Shown one piece after another: positions 36,444 through 50,379 of a stretch of 64,000 bases of DNA. The notes under the pieces are model-generated. The model was not told where the DNA came from. It saw nothing but the letters and a program-made list of their open reading frames with translations, and ran no database searches. A program made the position numbers and the translations under genes. The DNA comes from Antedon mediterranea (Eukaryota > Animalia > Echinodermata): contig NW_027306095.1 in NCBI RefSeq assembly GCF_964355755.1, positions 1-64,000 of the forward strand. The letters run 5' to 3'. Each line of letters starts with the position of its first letter. Positions within the stretch are counted from its first letter, which is position 1.

Positions 36444-39400
36444 CTTTTTGTGCATTTCGAAAAAACTTTTCACTCCAAAACATCAAAGTGCATACAATAG
36501 CTTAATATCGTATTTGGAGACGTTTTAGACAATTTTGTGCATTTCGATGAAACTTTTCACACAAAAACATCAAAGTGCACAAAATAGCTTCAAATCGCAT
36601 TTGCAGACGTTTTAAACCATTTAGTGCATTTCGATGAAACTTGATTACACAAAAACATCAAAGTGCTTAAAATCACATTTGAAACCGTTTTAGACCATTT
36701 TGAGAATTTCGATAAAACTTTTCACACAAAACATTAAAGTGCACAAAATAGCTTTAAATCGCATTTGCAGACGTTTTAGACCATTTTGTGCATTTCGATG
36801 AAACTTGATTACACAAAAATATCAAAGTGCTTAAAATCACATTTGAAACCGTTTTAGACCATTTTGAGCGTTTCGATAAAACTTTTCACACAAAACATCA
36901 AAGTGCACAAAATAACTTCAAATCGCAATTGGAGACGTTTTAGACCATTTTGTGCATTTCGATGAAACTTTTCACACAAAAACGACAAAGTGCACAAAAT
37001 AGCTTCAAATCGCATTTAGAGACGTTTTAGACAATTTTGTACATTTCGATGAAACTGGATTACACAAAACATCAAATTGCACAAAATAGCTTCAAATCGC
37101 ATTTGGAGACGTTTTAGACCATTTTGTGCATTTCGAAAAAACTTTTCACACAAAAACGACAAAGTGCACAAAATAGCTTCAAATCGCATTTGCAGACGTT
37201 TTAGACCATTTTGTGCATTTCGATGAAACTTTTCACACAAAAACATCAAAGTGCACAAAATTGCTTCAAATCGCATTTGGAGACGTTTTAGACCATTTTG
37301 AGCATTTCGATGAAACTTTTCACACAAAAACGACAAAGTGCACAAAATAGCTTCAAATCGCATTTAGAGACGTTTTAGACAATTTTGTGCCTTTCGATGA
37401 AACTTTTCACAAAAAAACATCAAAGTGCACAAAATAGCTTCAAATCGCATTTGCAGACGTTTTAGACCATTTTGTGCATTTCGATGAAACTTTTCACAAA
37501 AAAACATCAAAGTGCACAAAATTGCTTCAAATCGCATTTGGAGACGTTTTAGACCATTTTGAGCATTTCGATGAAACTTTTCACACAAAAACGACAAAGT
37601 GCACAAAATAGCTTCAAATCGCATTTAGAGACGTTTTAGACCATTTTGTGCATTTCGATGAAACTTTTCACAAAAAAACATCAAAGTGCACAAAATAGCT
37701 TCAATCGCATTTAGAGACGTTTTAGACCATTTTGTGCATTTCGATGAAACTTTTCACACAAAAACATCAAAGTGCACAAAATAGCTTCAAATCGCATTTA
37801 GAGACGTTTTAGACCATTTTGTGCATTTCGATGAAACTTTTCAGAAAAAAACATCAAAGTGCACAAAATAGCTTCAAATCGCATTTGGAGACGTTTTAGA
37901 CCATTTTGAGCATTTCGATGAAACTTTTCACACAAAAACGACAAAGTGCACAAAATAGCTTCAAATCGCATTTAGAGACGTTTTAGACCATTTTTTGCAT
38001 TTCGATGAAACTTTTCACACAAAAACATCAAAGTGCACAAAATAGCTTCAAATCGCATTTAGAGACGTTTTAGACCATTTTGTGCATTTCGATGAAACTT
38101 TTCAAACAAAAACATCAAAGTGCACAAAATAGCTTCAAATCGCATTTGGAGACGTTTTAGACCATGTTGTGCATTTCGAAAAAACTTGATTACACAAAAA
38201 TATCAAAGTGCTTAAAATCACATTTGAAACCGTTTTAGACTATTTTGAGCATTTCGATAAAACTTTTCACACAAAACATTAAAGTGCACAAAATAGCAAA
38301 CTTTTTACACAAAAAAAATTAAAGTGCACAAAAGAGCTCCAAATCGCATTTGGAGACGTTTTAGACCATTTTGTGCATTTCGAAAAAACTTTTCACTCAA
38401 AAACATCAAAGTGCATACAACAGCTTAATATCGTATTTGGAGACGTTTTAGACAATTTTGTGCATTTCGATGAAACTTTTCACACAAAAACATCAAAGTG
38501 CACAAAAATTTTGTGCACTTTGATGTTTTTTTTCAAATCGCATTTGCAGACGTTTTAAACCATTTTGTGCATTTCGATGAAACTTGATTACACAAAAACA
38601 TCAAAGTGCTTAAAATCACATTTGAAACCGTTTTAGACCATTTTGAGAATTTCGATAAAACTTTTCACACAAAACATTAAAGTGCACAAAATAGCTTCAA
38701 ATCGCATTTGCAGACGTTTTAGACCATTTTGTGCATTTCGATGAAACTTGAATACACAAAAATATCAAAGTGCTTAAAATCACATTTGAAACCGTTTTAG
38801 ACCATTTTGAGCATTTCGATAAAACTTTTCACACAATACATCAAAGTGCACAAAATAACTTCAAATCGCAATTGGAGACGTTTTAGACCATTTTGTGCAT
38901 TTCGAAAAAACTTTTCACACAAAAACGACAAAGTGCACAAAATAGCTTCAAATCGCATTTAGAGACGTTTTAGACAATTTTGTACATTTCGATGAAACTG
39001 GATTACACAAAACATCAAAGTGCACAAAATAGCTTCAAATCGCATTTGCAGACGTTTTAGACCATTTTGTGCATTTCGATGAAACTTTTCACACAAAAAC
39101 ATCAAAGTGCACAAAATTGCTTCAAATCGCATTTGGAGACGTTTTAGACCATTTTGAGTCATTTCGATGAAACTTTTCACACAAAAACGACAAAGTGCAC
39201 AAAATAGCTTCAAATCGCATATAGAGACGTTTTAGACCATTTTGTGCATTTCGATGAAACTTTTCACAAAAAAACATCAAAGTGCACAAAATAGCTTCAA
39301 ATCGCATTTAGAGACGTTTTAGACCATTTTGTGCATTTCGATGAAACTTTTCACACAAAAACATCAAAGTGCACAAAATAGCTTCAAATCGCATTTAGAG

Positions 39401-39652
39401 ACGTTTTAGACCATTTTGAGCATTTCGATGAAACTTTTCACACAAAAACGACAAAGTGCACAAAATAGCTTCAAATCGCATTTAGAGACGTTTTAGACCA
39501 TTTTGTGCATTTCGATGAAACTTTTCACACAAAAACATCAAAGTGCACAAAATAGCTTCAAATCGCATTTAGAGACGTTTTAGACCATTTTGTGCATTTC
39601 GATGAAACTTTTCACACAAAAACATCAAAGTGCACAAAATAGCTTCAAATCG
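36425..39652 (-). repeat. Satellite block 6, reverse orientation (~3.2 kb)
   Basis: Reverse-complement monomers between ...aaaacgt|a|atttggagacg and ...cttcaaatcg|tcgttttt. Confidence 0.97.
38486..38530. other. Local hairpin (22-bp perfect arms, 1-nt centre) formed by an inverted insertion
   Basis: aaaaacatcaaagtgcacaaaa-a-ttttgtgcactttgatgttttt inside an otherwise reverse-oriented monomer. Confidence 0.95.
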
Positions 39653-39662
39653 TCGTTTTTGT
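39643..39662. other. Reverse-to-forward inversion junction, non-palindromic
   Basis: cttcaaatcg|tcgtttttgtgtg: one shared G at 39652, TCG repeated across the join. Confidence 0.92.
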
Positions 39663-40719
39663 GTGAAAAGTTTCATCGAAATGCACAAAATGGTCTAAAA
39701 CGTCTTCAATTGCGATTTGAAGTTATTTTGTGCACTTTGATGTTTTGTGTGAAAAGTTTTATCGAAATGCTCAAAATGGTCTAAAACGGTTTCAAATGTG
39801 ATTTTAAGCACTCTGATATTTTTGTGTAATCAAGTTTCATCGAAATGCACAAAATGGTCTAAAACGTCTGCAAATGCGATTTGAAGCTATTTTGTGCACT
39901 TTGATGTTTTTGTGTGAAAAGTTTCATCGAAATGCACAAAATTGTCCAAAACGTCTCCAAATACGATATTAAGCTAATGTATGCACTTTAATATTTTTGA
40001 GTGAAAAGTTTTTTCGAAATGCACAAAATGGTCTAAAACGTCTCCAAATGCGATTTGAAGCTATTTTGTGCACTTTGATGTTTTTTTTTAAAAACTTTCA
40101 TCGAAATGCACAAAATGGTCTAAAACGTCTCTAAATGCGATTTGAAGCTATTTTGTGCACTTTGATGTTTTTGTGTGAAAAGTTTCAACGAAATGCACAA
40201 AATGGTCTAAAACGTCTCTAAATGCGATTTGAAGCTATTTTGTGCACTTTGATGTTTTTTTGTGAAAAGTTTCATCGAAATGCACAAAATGGTCTAAAAC
40301 GTCTCTAAATGCGATTTGAAGCTATTTTGTGCACTTTGATGTTTTTTTGTGAAAAGTTTCATCGAAATGCACAAAATGGTCTAAAACGTCTCTAAATGCG
40401 ATTTGAAGCTATTTTGTGCACTTTGTCGTTTTTGTGTGAAAAGTTTCATCGAAATGCTCAAAATGGTCTAAAACGTCTCCAAATGCGATTTGAAGCAGTT
40501 TTGTGCACTTTGATGTTTTTGTGTGAAAAGTTTCATCGAAATGCACAAAATGGTCTAAAACGTCTGCAAATGCGATTTGAAGCTATTTTGTGCACTTTGA
40601 TGTTTTTTTGTGAAAAGTTTCATCGAAAGGCACAAAATTGTCTAAAACGTCTCTAAATGCGATTTGAAGCTATTTTGTGCACTTTGTCGTTTTTGTGTGA
40701 AAAGTTTCATCGAAATTCT

Positions 40720-43700
40720 CAAAATGGTCTAAAACGTCTCCAAATGCGATTTGAAGCAATTTTGTGCACTTTGATGTTTTTGTGTGAAAAGTTTCATCGA
40801 AATGCACAAAATGGTCTAAAACGTCTGCAAATGCGATTTGAAGCTATTTTGTGCACTTTGTCGTTTTTGTGTGAAAAGTTTTTTCGAAATGCACAAAATG
40901 GTCTAAAACGTCTCCAAATGCGATTTGAAGCAATTTTGTGCACTTTGATGTTTTGTGTAATTCAGTTTCATCGAAATGTACAAAATTGTCAAAAACGTCT
41001 CTAAATGCGATTTGAAGCTATTTTGTGCACTTTGTCGTTTTTGTGTGAAAAGTTTTTTCGAAATGCACAAAATGGTCTAAAACGTCTCCAATTGCGATTT
41101 GAAGTTATTTTGTGCACTTTGATGTTTTGTGTGAAAAGTTTTATCGAAATGCTTAAAATGGTCTAAAACGGTTTCAAATGTGATTTTAAGCACTTTGATA
41201 TTTTTGTATAATCAAGTTAAATCGAAATAGACAAAATGGTCTAAAACGTCTGCAAATGCGATTTAAAGCTATTTTGTGCACTTTAATGTTTTGTGTGAAA
41301 AGTTTTATCGAAATTCTCAAAATGGTCTAAAACGGTTTCAAATGTGATTTTAAGCACTTTGATGTTTTTGTGTAATCAAGTTTCATCGAAAAGCACAAAA
41401 TGGTTTAAAACGTCTGCAAACGCGATTTGAAGCTATTTTGTGCACTTTGATGTTTTTGTGTGAAAAGTTTCATCGAAATGCACAAAATTGTCTAAAACGT
41501 TTCCAAATACGATATTAAGCTATTGTATGCACTTTGATGTTTTTGAGTGAAAAGTTTTTTCGAAATGCACAAAATGGTTTAAAACGTCTCCAAATGCGAT
41601 TTGAAGCTATTTTGTGCACTTTGATGTTTTTTTCTGAAAAGTTTCATCGAAATGCACAAAATGGTCTAAAACGTCTCTAAATGCGATTTGAAGCTATTTT
41701 GTGCACTTTGATGTTTTTGTGTGAAAAGTTTCATCGAAATGCACAAAATGGTCTAAAACGTCTCTAAATGCGATTTGAAGTTATTTTGTGCACTTTGATG
41801 TTTTGTGTGAAAAGTTTTATCGAAATGCTCAAAATGGTCTAAAACGGTTTCAAATGTGATTTTAAGCACTTTGATATTTTTGTGTAATCATGTTTCATCG
41901 AAATGCACAAAATGGTCTAAAACGTCTCCAAATGCGATTTGAAGCTATTTTGTGCACTTTAATGTTTTGTGTGAAAAGTTTTATCGAAATTCTCAAAATG
42001 GTCTAAAACGGTTTCAAATGTGATTTTAAGCACTTTGATGTTTTTGTGTAATCAAGTTTCATCGAAATGCACAAAATGGTTTAAAACGTCTGCAAATGCG
42101 ATTTGAAGCTATTTTGTGCACTTTGATGTTTTTGTGTGAAAAGTTTCATCGAAATGCACAAAATTGTCTAAAACGTTTCCAAATACGATATTAAGCTATT
42201 GTATGCACTTTGATGTTTTTGAGTGAAAAGTTTTTTCGAAATGCACAAAATGGTCTAAAACGTCTCCAAATGCGATTTGGAGCTCTTTTGTGCACTTTGA
42301 TGTTTTGTGTAAAAAGTTTGCTATTTTGTGCACTTTAATGTTTTGTGTGAAAAGTTTTATCGAAATGCTCAAAATTGTCTAAAACGGTTTCAAATGTGAT
42401 TTTAAGCACTTTGATATTTTTGTGTAATCAAGTTTCATCGAAATGCACAAAATGGTCTAAAACGTCTGCAAATGCGATTTGAAGCTATTTTGTGCACTTT
42501 GATGTTTTTTTGTGAAAAGTTTCATCGAAAGGCACAAAATTGTCTAAAACGTCTCTAAATGCGATTTGAAGCTATTTTGTGCACTTTGTCGTTTTTGTGT
42601 GAAAAGTTTCATCGAAATTCTCAAAATGGTCTAAAACGTCTCCAAATGCGATTTGAAGCAATTTTGTGCACTTTGATGTTTTTGTGTGAAAAGTTTCATC
42701 GAAATGCACAAAATGGTCTAAAACGTCTGCAAATGCGATTTGAAGCTATTTTGTGCACTTTGTCGTTTTTGTGTGAAAAGTTTTTTTGAAATGCACAAAA
42801 TGGTCTAAAACGTCTCCAAATGCGATTTGAAGCAATTTTGTGCACTTTGATGTTTTGTGTAATCCAGTTTCATCGAAATGTACAAAATTGTCTAAAACGT
42901 CTCTAAATGCGATTTGAAGCTATTTTGTGCACTTTGTCGTTTTTGCGTGAAAAGTTTTTTCGAAATGCACAAAATGGTCTAAAACGTCTCCAAATGCGAT
43001 TTGAAGCAATTTTGTGCACTTTGATGTTTTGTGTAATCCAGTTTCATCGAAATGTACAAAATTGTCTAAAACGTCTCTAAATGCGATTTGAAGCTATTTT
43101 GTGCACTTTGTCGTTTTTGTGTGAAAAGTTTTTTCGAAATGCACAAAATGGTCTAAAACGTCTCCAATTGCGATTTGAAGTTATTTTGTGCACTTTGATG
43201 TTTTGTGTGAAAAGTTTTATCGAAATGCTCAAAATGATCTAAAACGGTTTCAAATGTGATTTTAAGCACTTTGATATTTTTGTGTAATCAAGTTTCATCG
43301 AAATGCACAAAATGGTTTAAAACGTCTGCAAATGCGATTTGAAGCTATTTTGTGCACTTTGATGTTTTTGTGTGAAAAGTTTCATCGAAATGCACAAAAT
43401 TGTCTAAAACGTCTCCAAATACGATATTAAGCTATTTTGTGCACTTGGATGTTTTTGTGTGAAAAGTTTCATCGAAATGCACAAAATGGTCTAAAACGTC
43501 TGCAAATGCGATTTGAAGCTATTTTGTGCACTTTGATGTTTTTTTGTGAAAAGTTTCATCGAAATGCACAAAATTGTCTAAAACGTCTCTAAATGCGATT
43601 TGAAGCTATTTTGTGCACTTTGTCGTTTTTGTGTGAAAAGTTTCATCGAAATGCTCAAAATGGTCTAAAACGTCTCCAAATGCGATTTGAAGCAATTTTG

Positions 43701-46700
43701 TGCACTTTGATGTTTTTGTGTGAAAAGTTTCATCGAAATGCACAAAATGGTCTAAAACGTCTGCAAATGCGATTTGAAGCTATTTTGTGCACTTTGTCGT
43801 TTTTGTGTGAAAAGTTTTTTCGAAATGCACAAAATGGTCTAAAACGTCTCCAAATGCGATTTGAAGCAATTTTGTGCACTTTGATGTTTTGTGTAATTCA
43901 GTTTCATCGAAATGTACAAAATTGTCAAAAACGTCTCTAAATGCGATTTGAAGCTATTTTGTGCACTTTGTCGTTTTTGTGTGAAAAGTTTTTTCGAAAT
44001 GCACAAAATGGTCTAAAACGTCTCCAATTGCGATTTGAAGTTATTTTGTGCACTTTGATGTTTTGTGTGAAAAGTTTTATCGAAATGCTTAAAATGGTCT
44101 AAAACGGTTTCAAATGTGATTTTAAGCACTTTGATATTTTTGTATAATCAAGTTAAATCGAAATAGACAAAATGGTCTAAAACGTCTGCAAATGCGATTT
44201 AAAGCTATTTTGTGCACTTTAATGTTTTGTGTGAAAAGTTTTATCGAAATTCTCAAAATGGTCTAAAACGGTTTCAAATGTGATTTTAAGCACTTTGATG
44301 TTTTTGTGTAATCAAGTTTCATCGAAAAGCACAAAATGGTTTAAAACGTCTGCAAACGCGATTTGAAGCTATTTTGTGCACTTTGATGTTTTTGTGTGAA
44401 AAGTTTCATCGAAATGCACAAAATTGTCTAAAACGTTTCCAAATACGATATTAAGCTATTGTATGCACTTTGATGTTTTTGAGTGAAAAGTTTTTTCGAA
44501 ATGCACAAAATGGTTTAAAACGTCTCCAAATGCGATTTGAAGCTATTTTGTGCACTTTGATGTTTTTTTTCTGAAAAGTTTCATCGAAATGCACAAAATG
44601 GTCTAAAACGTCTCTAAATGCGATTTGAAGCTATTTTGTGCACTTTGATGTTTTTGTGTGAAAAGTTTCATCGAAATGCACAAAATGGTCTAAAACGTCT
44701 CTAAATGCGATTTGAAGTTATTTTGTGCACTTTGATGTTTTGTGTGAAAAGTTTTATCGAAATGCTCAAAATGGTCTAAAACGGTTTCAAATGTGATTTT
44801 AAGCACTTTGATATTTTTGTGTAATCATGTTTCATCGAAATGCACAAAATGGTCTAAAACGTCTCCAAATGCGATTTGAAGCTATTTTGTGCACTTTAAT
44901 GTTTTGTGTGAAAAGTTTTATCGAAATTCTCAAAATGGTCTAAAACGGTTTCAAATGTGATTTTAAGCACTTTGATGTTTTTGTGTAATCAAGTTTCATC
45001 GAAATGCACAAAATGGTTTAAAACGTCTGCAAATGCGATTTGAAGCTATTTTGTGCACTTTGATGTTTTTGTGTGAAAAGTTTCATCGAAATGCACAAAA
45101 TTGTCTAAAACGTTTCCAAATACGATATTAAGCTATTGTATGCACTTTGATGTTTTTGAGTGAAAAGTTTTTTCGAAATGCACAAAATGGTCTAAAACGT
45201 CTCCAAATGCGATTTGGAGCTCTTTTGTGCACTTTGATGTTTTGTGTAAAAAGTTTGCTATTTTGTGCACTTTAATGTTTTGTGTGAAAAGTTTTATCGA
45301 AATGCTCAAAATTGTCTAAAACGGTTTCAAATGTGATTTTAAGCACTTTGATATTTTTGTGTAATCAAGTTTTTTCGAAATGCACAAAATGGTCTAAAAC
45401 GTCTCTAAATGCGATTTGAAGCTATTTTGTGCACTTTGATGTTTTTGTGTGAAAAGTTTCATCGAAATGCACAAAATGGTCTAAAACGTCTCTAAATGCG
45501 ATTTGAAGTTATTTTGTGCACTTTGATGTTTTGTGTGAAAAGTTTTATCGAAATGCTCAAAATGGTCTAAAACGGTTTCAAATGTGATTTTAAGCACTTT
45601 GATATTTTTGTGTAATCATGTTTCATCGAAATGCACAAAATGGTCTAAAACGTCTCCAAATGCGATTTGAAGCTATTTTGTGCACTTTAATGTTTTGTGT
45701 GAAAAGTTTTATCGAAATTCTCAAAATGGTCTAAAACGGTTTCAAATGTGATTTTAAGCACTTTGATGTTTTTGTGTAATCAAGTTTCATCGAAATGCAC
45801 AAAATGGTTTAAAACGTCTGCAAATGCGATTTGAAGCTATTTTGTGCACTTTGATGTTTTTGTGTGAAAAGTTTCATCGAAATGCACAAAATTGTCTAAA
45901 ACGTTTCCAAATACGATATTAAGCTATTGTATGCACTTTGATGTTTTTGAGTGAAAAGTTTTTTCGAAATGCACAAAATGGTCTAAAACGTCTCCAAATG
46001 CGATTGGGAGCTCTTTTGTGCACTTTGATGTTTTGTGTAAAAAGTTTGCTATTTTGTGCACTTTAATGTTTTGTGTGAAAAGTTTTATCGAAATGCTCAA
46101 AATTGTCTAAAACGGTTTCAAATGTGATTTTAAGCACTTTGATATTTTTGTGTAATCAAGTTTTTTCAAAATGCACAACATGGTCTAAAACGTCTCCAAA
46201 TGCGATTTGAAGCTATTTTGTGCACTTTGATGTTTTTGTGTGAAAAGTTTCATCGAAATGCACAAAATGGTCTAAAACGTCTCTAAATGCGATTTAAAGC
46301 TATTTTGTGCACTTTGTCGTTTTTGTGTGAAAAGTTTCATCGAAATGCTCAAAATGGTCTAAAACGTCTCCAAATGCGATTTGAAGCTATTTTGTGCACT
46401 TTGTCGTTTTTGTGTGAAAAGTTTCATCGAAATGCTCAAAATGGTCTAAAACGTCTCTAAATGCGATTTGAAGCTATTTTGTGCACTTTGATGTTTTTTT
46501 GTGAAAAGTTTCATCGAAATGCACAAAATGGTCTAAAACGTCTCTAAATGCGATTTGAAGCTATTTTGTGCACTTTGATGTTTTTGTGTGAAAAGTTTCA
46601 TCGAAATGCACAAAATGGTCTAAAACGTCTCTAAATGCGATTTGAAGCTATTTTGTGCACTTTGATGTTTTTTTGTGAAAAGTTTCTTCGAAATGCACAA

Positions 46701-49700
46701 AATGGTCTAAAACGTCTCTAAATGCGATTTGAAGCTATTTTGTGCACTGTGTCGTTTTTGTGTGAAAAGTTTCATCGAAATGCTCAAAATGGTCTAAAAC
46801 GTCTCCAAATGCGATTTGAAGCAATTTTGTGCACTTTGATGTTTTTGTGTGAAAAGTTTCATCGAAATGCACAAAATGGTCTAAAACGTCTGCAAATGCG
46901 ATTTGAAGCTATTTTGTGCACTTTGATGTTTTTTTGTGAAAAGTTTCATCGAAAGGCACAAAATTGTCTAAAACGTCTCTAAATGCGATTTGAAGCTATT
47001 TTGTGCACTTTGTCGTTTTTGTGTGAAAAGTTTCATCGAAATGCTCAAAATGGTCTAAAACGTCTCCAAATGCGATTTGAAGCAATTTGGTGCACTTTGA
47101 TGTTTTTGTGTGAAAAGTTTCATCGAAATGCACAAAATGGTCTAAAACGTCTGCAAATGCGATTTGAAGCTATTTTGTGCACTTTGATGTTTTTTTGTGA
47201 AAAGTTTCATCGAAAGGCACAAAATTGTCTAAAACGTCTCTAAATGCGATTTGAAGCTATTTTGTGCACTTTGTCGTTTTTGTGTGAAAAGTTTCATCGA
47301 AATTCTCAAAATGGTCTAAAACGTCTCCAAATGCGATTTGAAGCAATTTTGTGCACTTTGATGTTTTTGTGTGAAAAGTTTCATCGAAATGCACAAAATG
47401 GTCTAAAACGTCTGCAAATGCGATTTGAAGCTATTTTGTGCACTTTGTCGTTTTTGTGTGAAAAGTTTTTTTGAAATGCACAAAATGGTCTAAAACGTCT
47501 CCAAATGCGATTTGAAGCAATTTTGTGCACTTTGATGTTTTGTGTAATCCAGTTTCATCGAAATGTACAAAATTGTCTAAAACGTCTCTAAATGCGATTT
47601 GAAGCTATTTTGTGCACTTTGTCGTTTTTGCGTGAAAAGTTTTTTCGAAATGCACAAAATGGTCTAAAACGTCTCCAAATGCGATTTGAAGCAATTTTGT
47701 GCACTTTGATGTTTTGTGTAATCCAGTTTCATCGAAATGTACAAAATTGTCTAAAACGTCTCTAAATGCGATTTGAAGCTATTTTGTGCACTTTGTCGTT
47801 TTTGTGTGAAAAGTTTTTTCGAAATGCACAAAATGGTCTAAAACGTCTCCAATTGCGATTTGAAGTTATTTTGTGCACTTTGATGTTTTGTGTGAAAAGT
47901 TTTATCGAAATGCTCAAAATGATCTAAAACGGTTTCAAATGTGATTTTAAGCACTTTGATATTTTTGTGTAATCAAGTTTCATCGAAATGCACAAAATGG
48001 TTTAAAACGTCTGCAAATGCGATTTGAAGCTATTTTGTGCACTTTGATGTTTTTGTGTGAAAAGTTTCATCGAAATGCACAAAATTGTCTAAAACGTCTC
48101 CAAATACGATATTAAGCTATTTTGTGCACTTGGATGTTTTTGTGTGAAAAGTTTCATCGAAATGCACAAAATGGTCTAAAACGTCTGCAAATGCGATTTG
48201 AAGCTATTTTGTGCACTTTGATGTTTTTTTGTGAAAAGTTTCATCGAAATGCACAAAATTGTCTAAAACGTCTCTAAATGCGATTTGAAGCTATTTTGTG
48301 CACTTTGTCGTTTTTGTGTGAAAAGTTTCATCGAAATGCTCAAAATGGTCTAAAACGTCTCCAAATGCGATTTGAAGCAATTTTGTGCACTTTGATGTTT
48401 TTGTGTGAAAAGTTTCATCGAAATGCACAAAATGGTCTAAAACGTCTGCAAATGCGATTATAAGCTATTTTGTGCACTTTGTCGTTTTTGTGTGAAAAGT
48501 TTTTTCGAAATGCACAAAATGGTCTAAAACGTATCCAAATGCGATTTGAAGCAATTTTGTGCACTTTGATGTTTTGTGTAATTCAGTTTCATCGAAATGT
48601 ACAAAATTGTCAAAAACGTCTCTAAATGCGATTTGAAGCTATTTTGTGCACTTTGTCGTTTTTGTGTGAAAAGTTTTTTCGAAATGCACAAAATGGTCTA
48701 AAACGTCTCCAATTGCGATTTGAAGTTATTTTGTGCACTTTGATGTTTTGTGTGAAAAGTTTTATCGAAATGCTTAAAATGGTCTAAAACGGTTTCAAAT
48801 GTGATTTTAAGCACTTTGATATTTTTGTATAATCAAGTTAAATCGAAATAGACAAAATGGTCTAAAACGTCTGCAAATGCGATTTAAAGCTATTTTGTGC
48901 ACTTTAATGTTTTGTGTGAAAAGTTTTATCGAAATTCTCAAAATGGTCTAAAACGGTTTCAAATGTGATTTTAAGCACTTTGATGTTTTTGTGTAATCAA
49001 GTTTCATCGAAAAGCACAAAATGGTTTAAAACGTCTGCAAACGCGATTTGAAGCTATTTTGTGCACTTTGATGTTTTTGTGTGAAAAGTTTCATCGAAAT
49101 GCACAAAATTGTCTAAAACGTTTCCAAATACGATATTAAGCTATTGTATGCACTTTGATGTTTTTGAGTGAAAAGTTTTTTCGAAATGCACAAAATGGTT
49201 TAAAACGTCTCCAAATGCGATTTGAAGCTATTTTGTGCACTTTGATGTTTTTTTCTGAAAAGTTTCATCGAAATGCACAAAATGGTCTAAAACGTCTCTA
49301 AATGCGATTTGAAGCTATTTTGTGCACTTTGATGTTTTTGTGTGAAAAGTTTCATCGAAATGCACAAAATGGTCTAAAACGTCTCTAAATGCGATTTGAA
49401 GTTATTTTGTGCACTTTGATGTTTTGTGTGAAAAGTTTTATCGAAATGCTCAAAATGGTCTAAAACGGTTTCAAATGTGATTTTAAGCACTTTGATATTT
49501 TTGTGTAATCATGTTTCATCGAAATGCACAAAATGGTCTAAAACGTCTCCAAATGCGATTTGAAGCTATTTTGTGCACTTTAATGTTTTGTGTGAAAAGT
49601 TTTATCGAAATGCTCAAAATTGTCTAAAACGGTTTCAAATGTGATTTTAAGCACTTTGATATTTTTGTGTAATCAAGTTTTTTCGAAATGCACAACATGG

Positions 49701-50350
49701 TCTAAAACGTCTCCAAATGCGATTTGAAGCTATTTTGTGCACTTTGATGTTTTTGTGTGAAAAGTTTCATCGAAATGCACAAAATGGTCTAAAACGTCTC
49801 TAAATGCGATTTAAAGCTATTTTGTGCACTTTGTCGTTTTTGTGTGAAAAGTTTCATCGAAATGCTCAAAATGGTCTAAAACGTCTCCAAATGCGATTTG
49901 AAGCTATTTTGTGCACTTTGTCGTTTTTGTGTGAAAAGTTTCATCGAAATGCTCAAAATGGTCTAAAACGTCTCTAAATGCGATTTGAAGCTATTTTGTG
50001 CACTTTGATGTTTTTTTGTGAAAAGTTTCATCGAAATGCACAAAATGGTCTAAAACGTCTCTAAATGCGATTTGAAGCTATTTTGTGCACTTTGATGTTT
50101 TTGTGTGAAAAGTTTCATCGAAATGCACAAAATGGTCTAAAACGTCTCTAAATGCGATTTGAAGCTATTTTGTGCACTTTGATGTTTTTTTGTGAAAAGT
50201 TTCTTCGAAATGCACAAAATGGTCTAAAACGTCTCTAAATGCGATTTGAAGCTATTTTGTGCACTTTGTCGTTTTTGTGTGAAAAGTTTCATCGAAATGC
50301 TCAAAATGGTCTAAAACGTCTCCAAATGCGATTTGAAGCAATTTTGTGCA
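40720..50350 (+). repeat. Overlapping direct duplications (offsets 2936, 4685, 791, 3517)
   Basis: tgtataatcaagttaaatcgaaatagac at ~41205, ~44141 and ~48826; ORF pairs 40657/43593, 42559/47244, 43593/48278, 46722/50239; gtaatcatg at 44821/45612. Confidence 0.88.
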
Positions 50351-50379
50351 ATTTGATGTTTTTGTGTGAAAAGTTTCAT

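Noticed and set aside
38486-38533. Rho-independent terminator (hairpin followed by a T run)
   Set aside because: The stem is AT-rich and satellite-derived, with no upstream gene; an inverted insertion explains it better.
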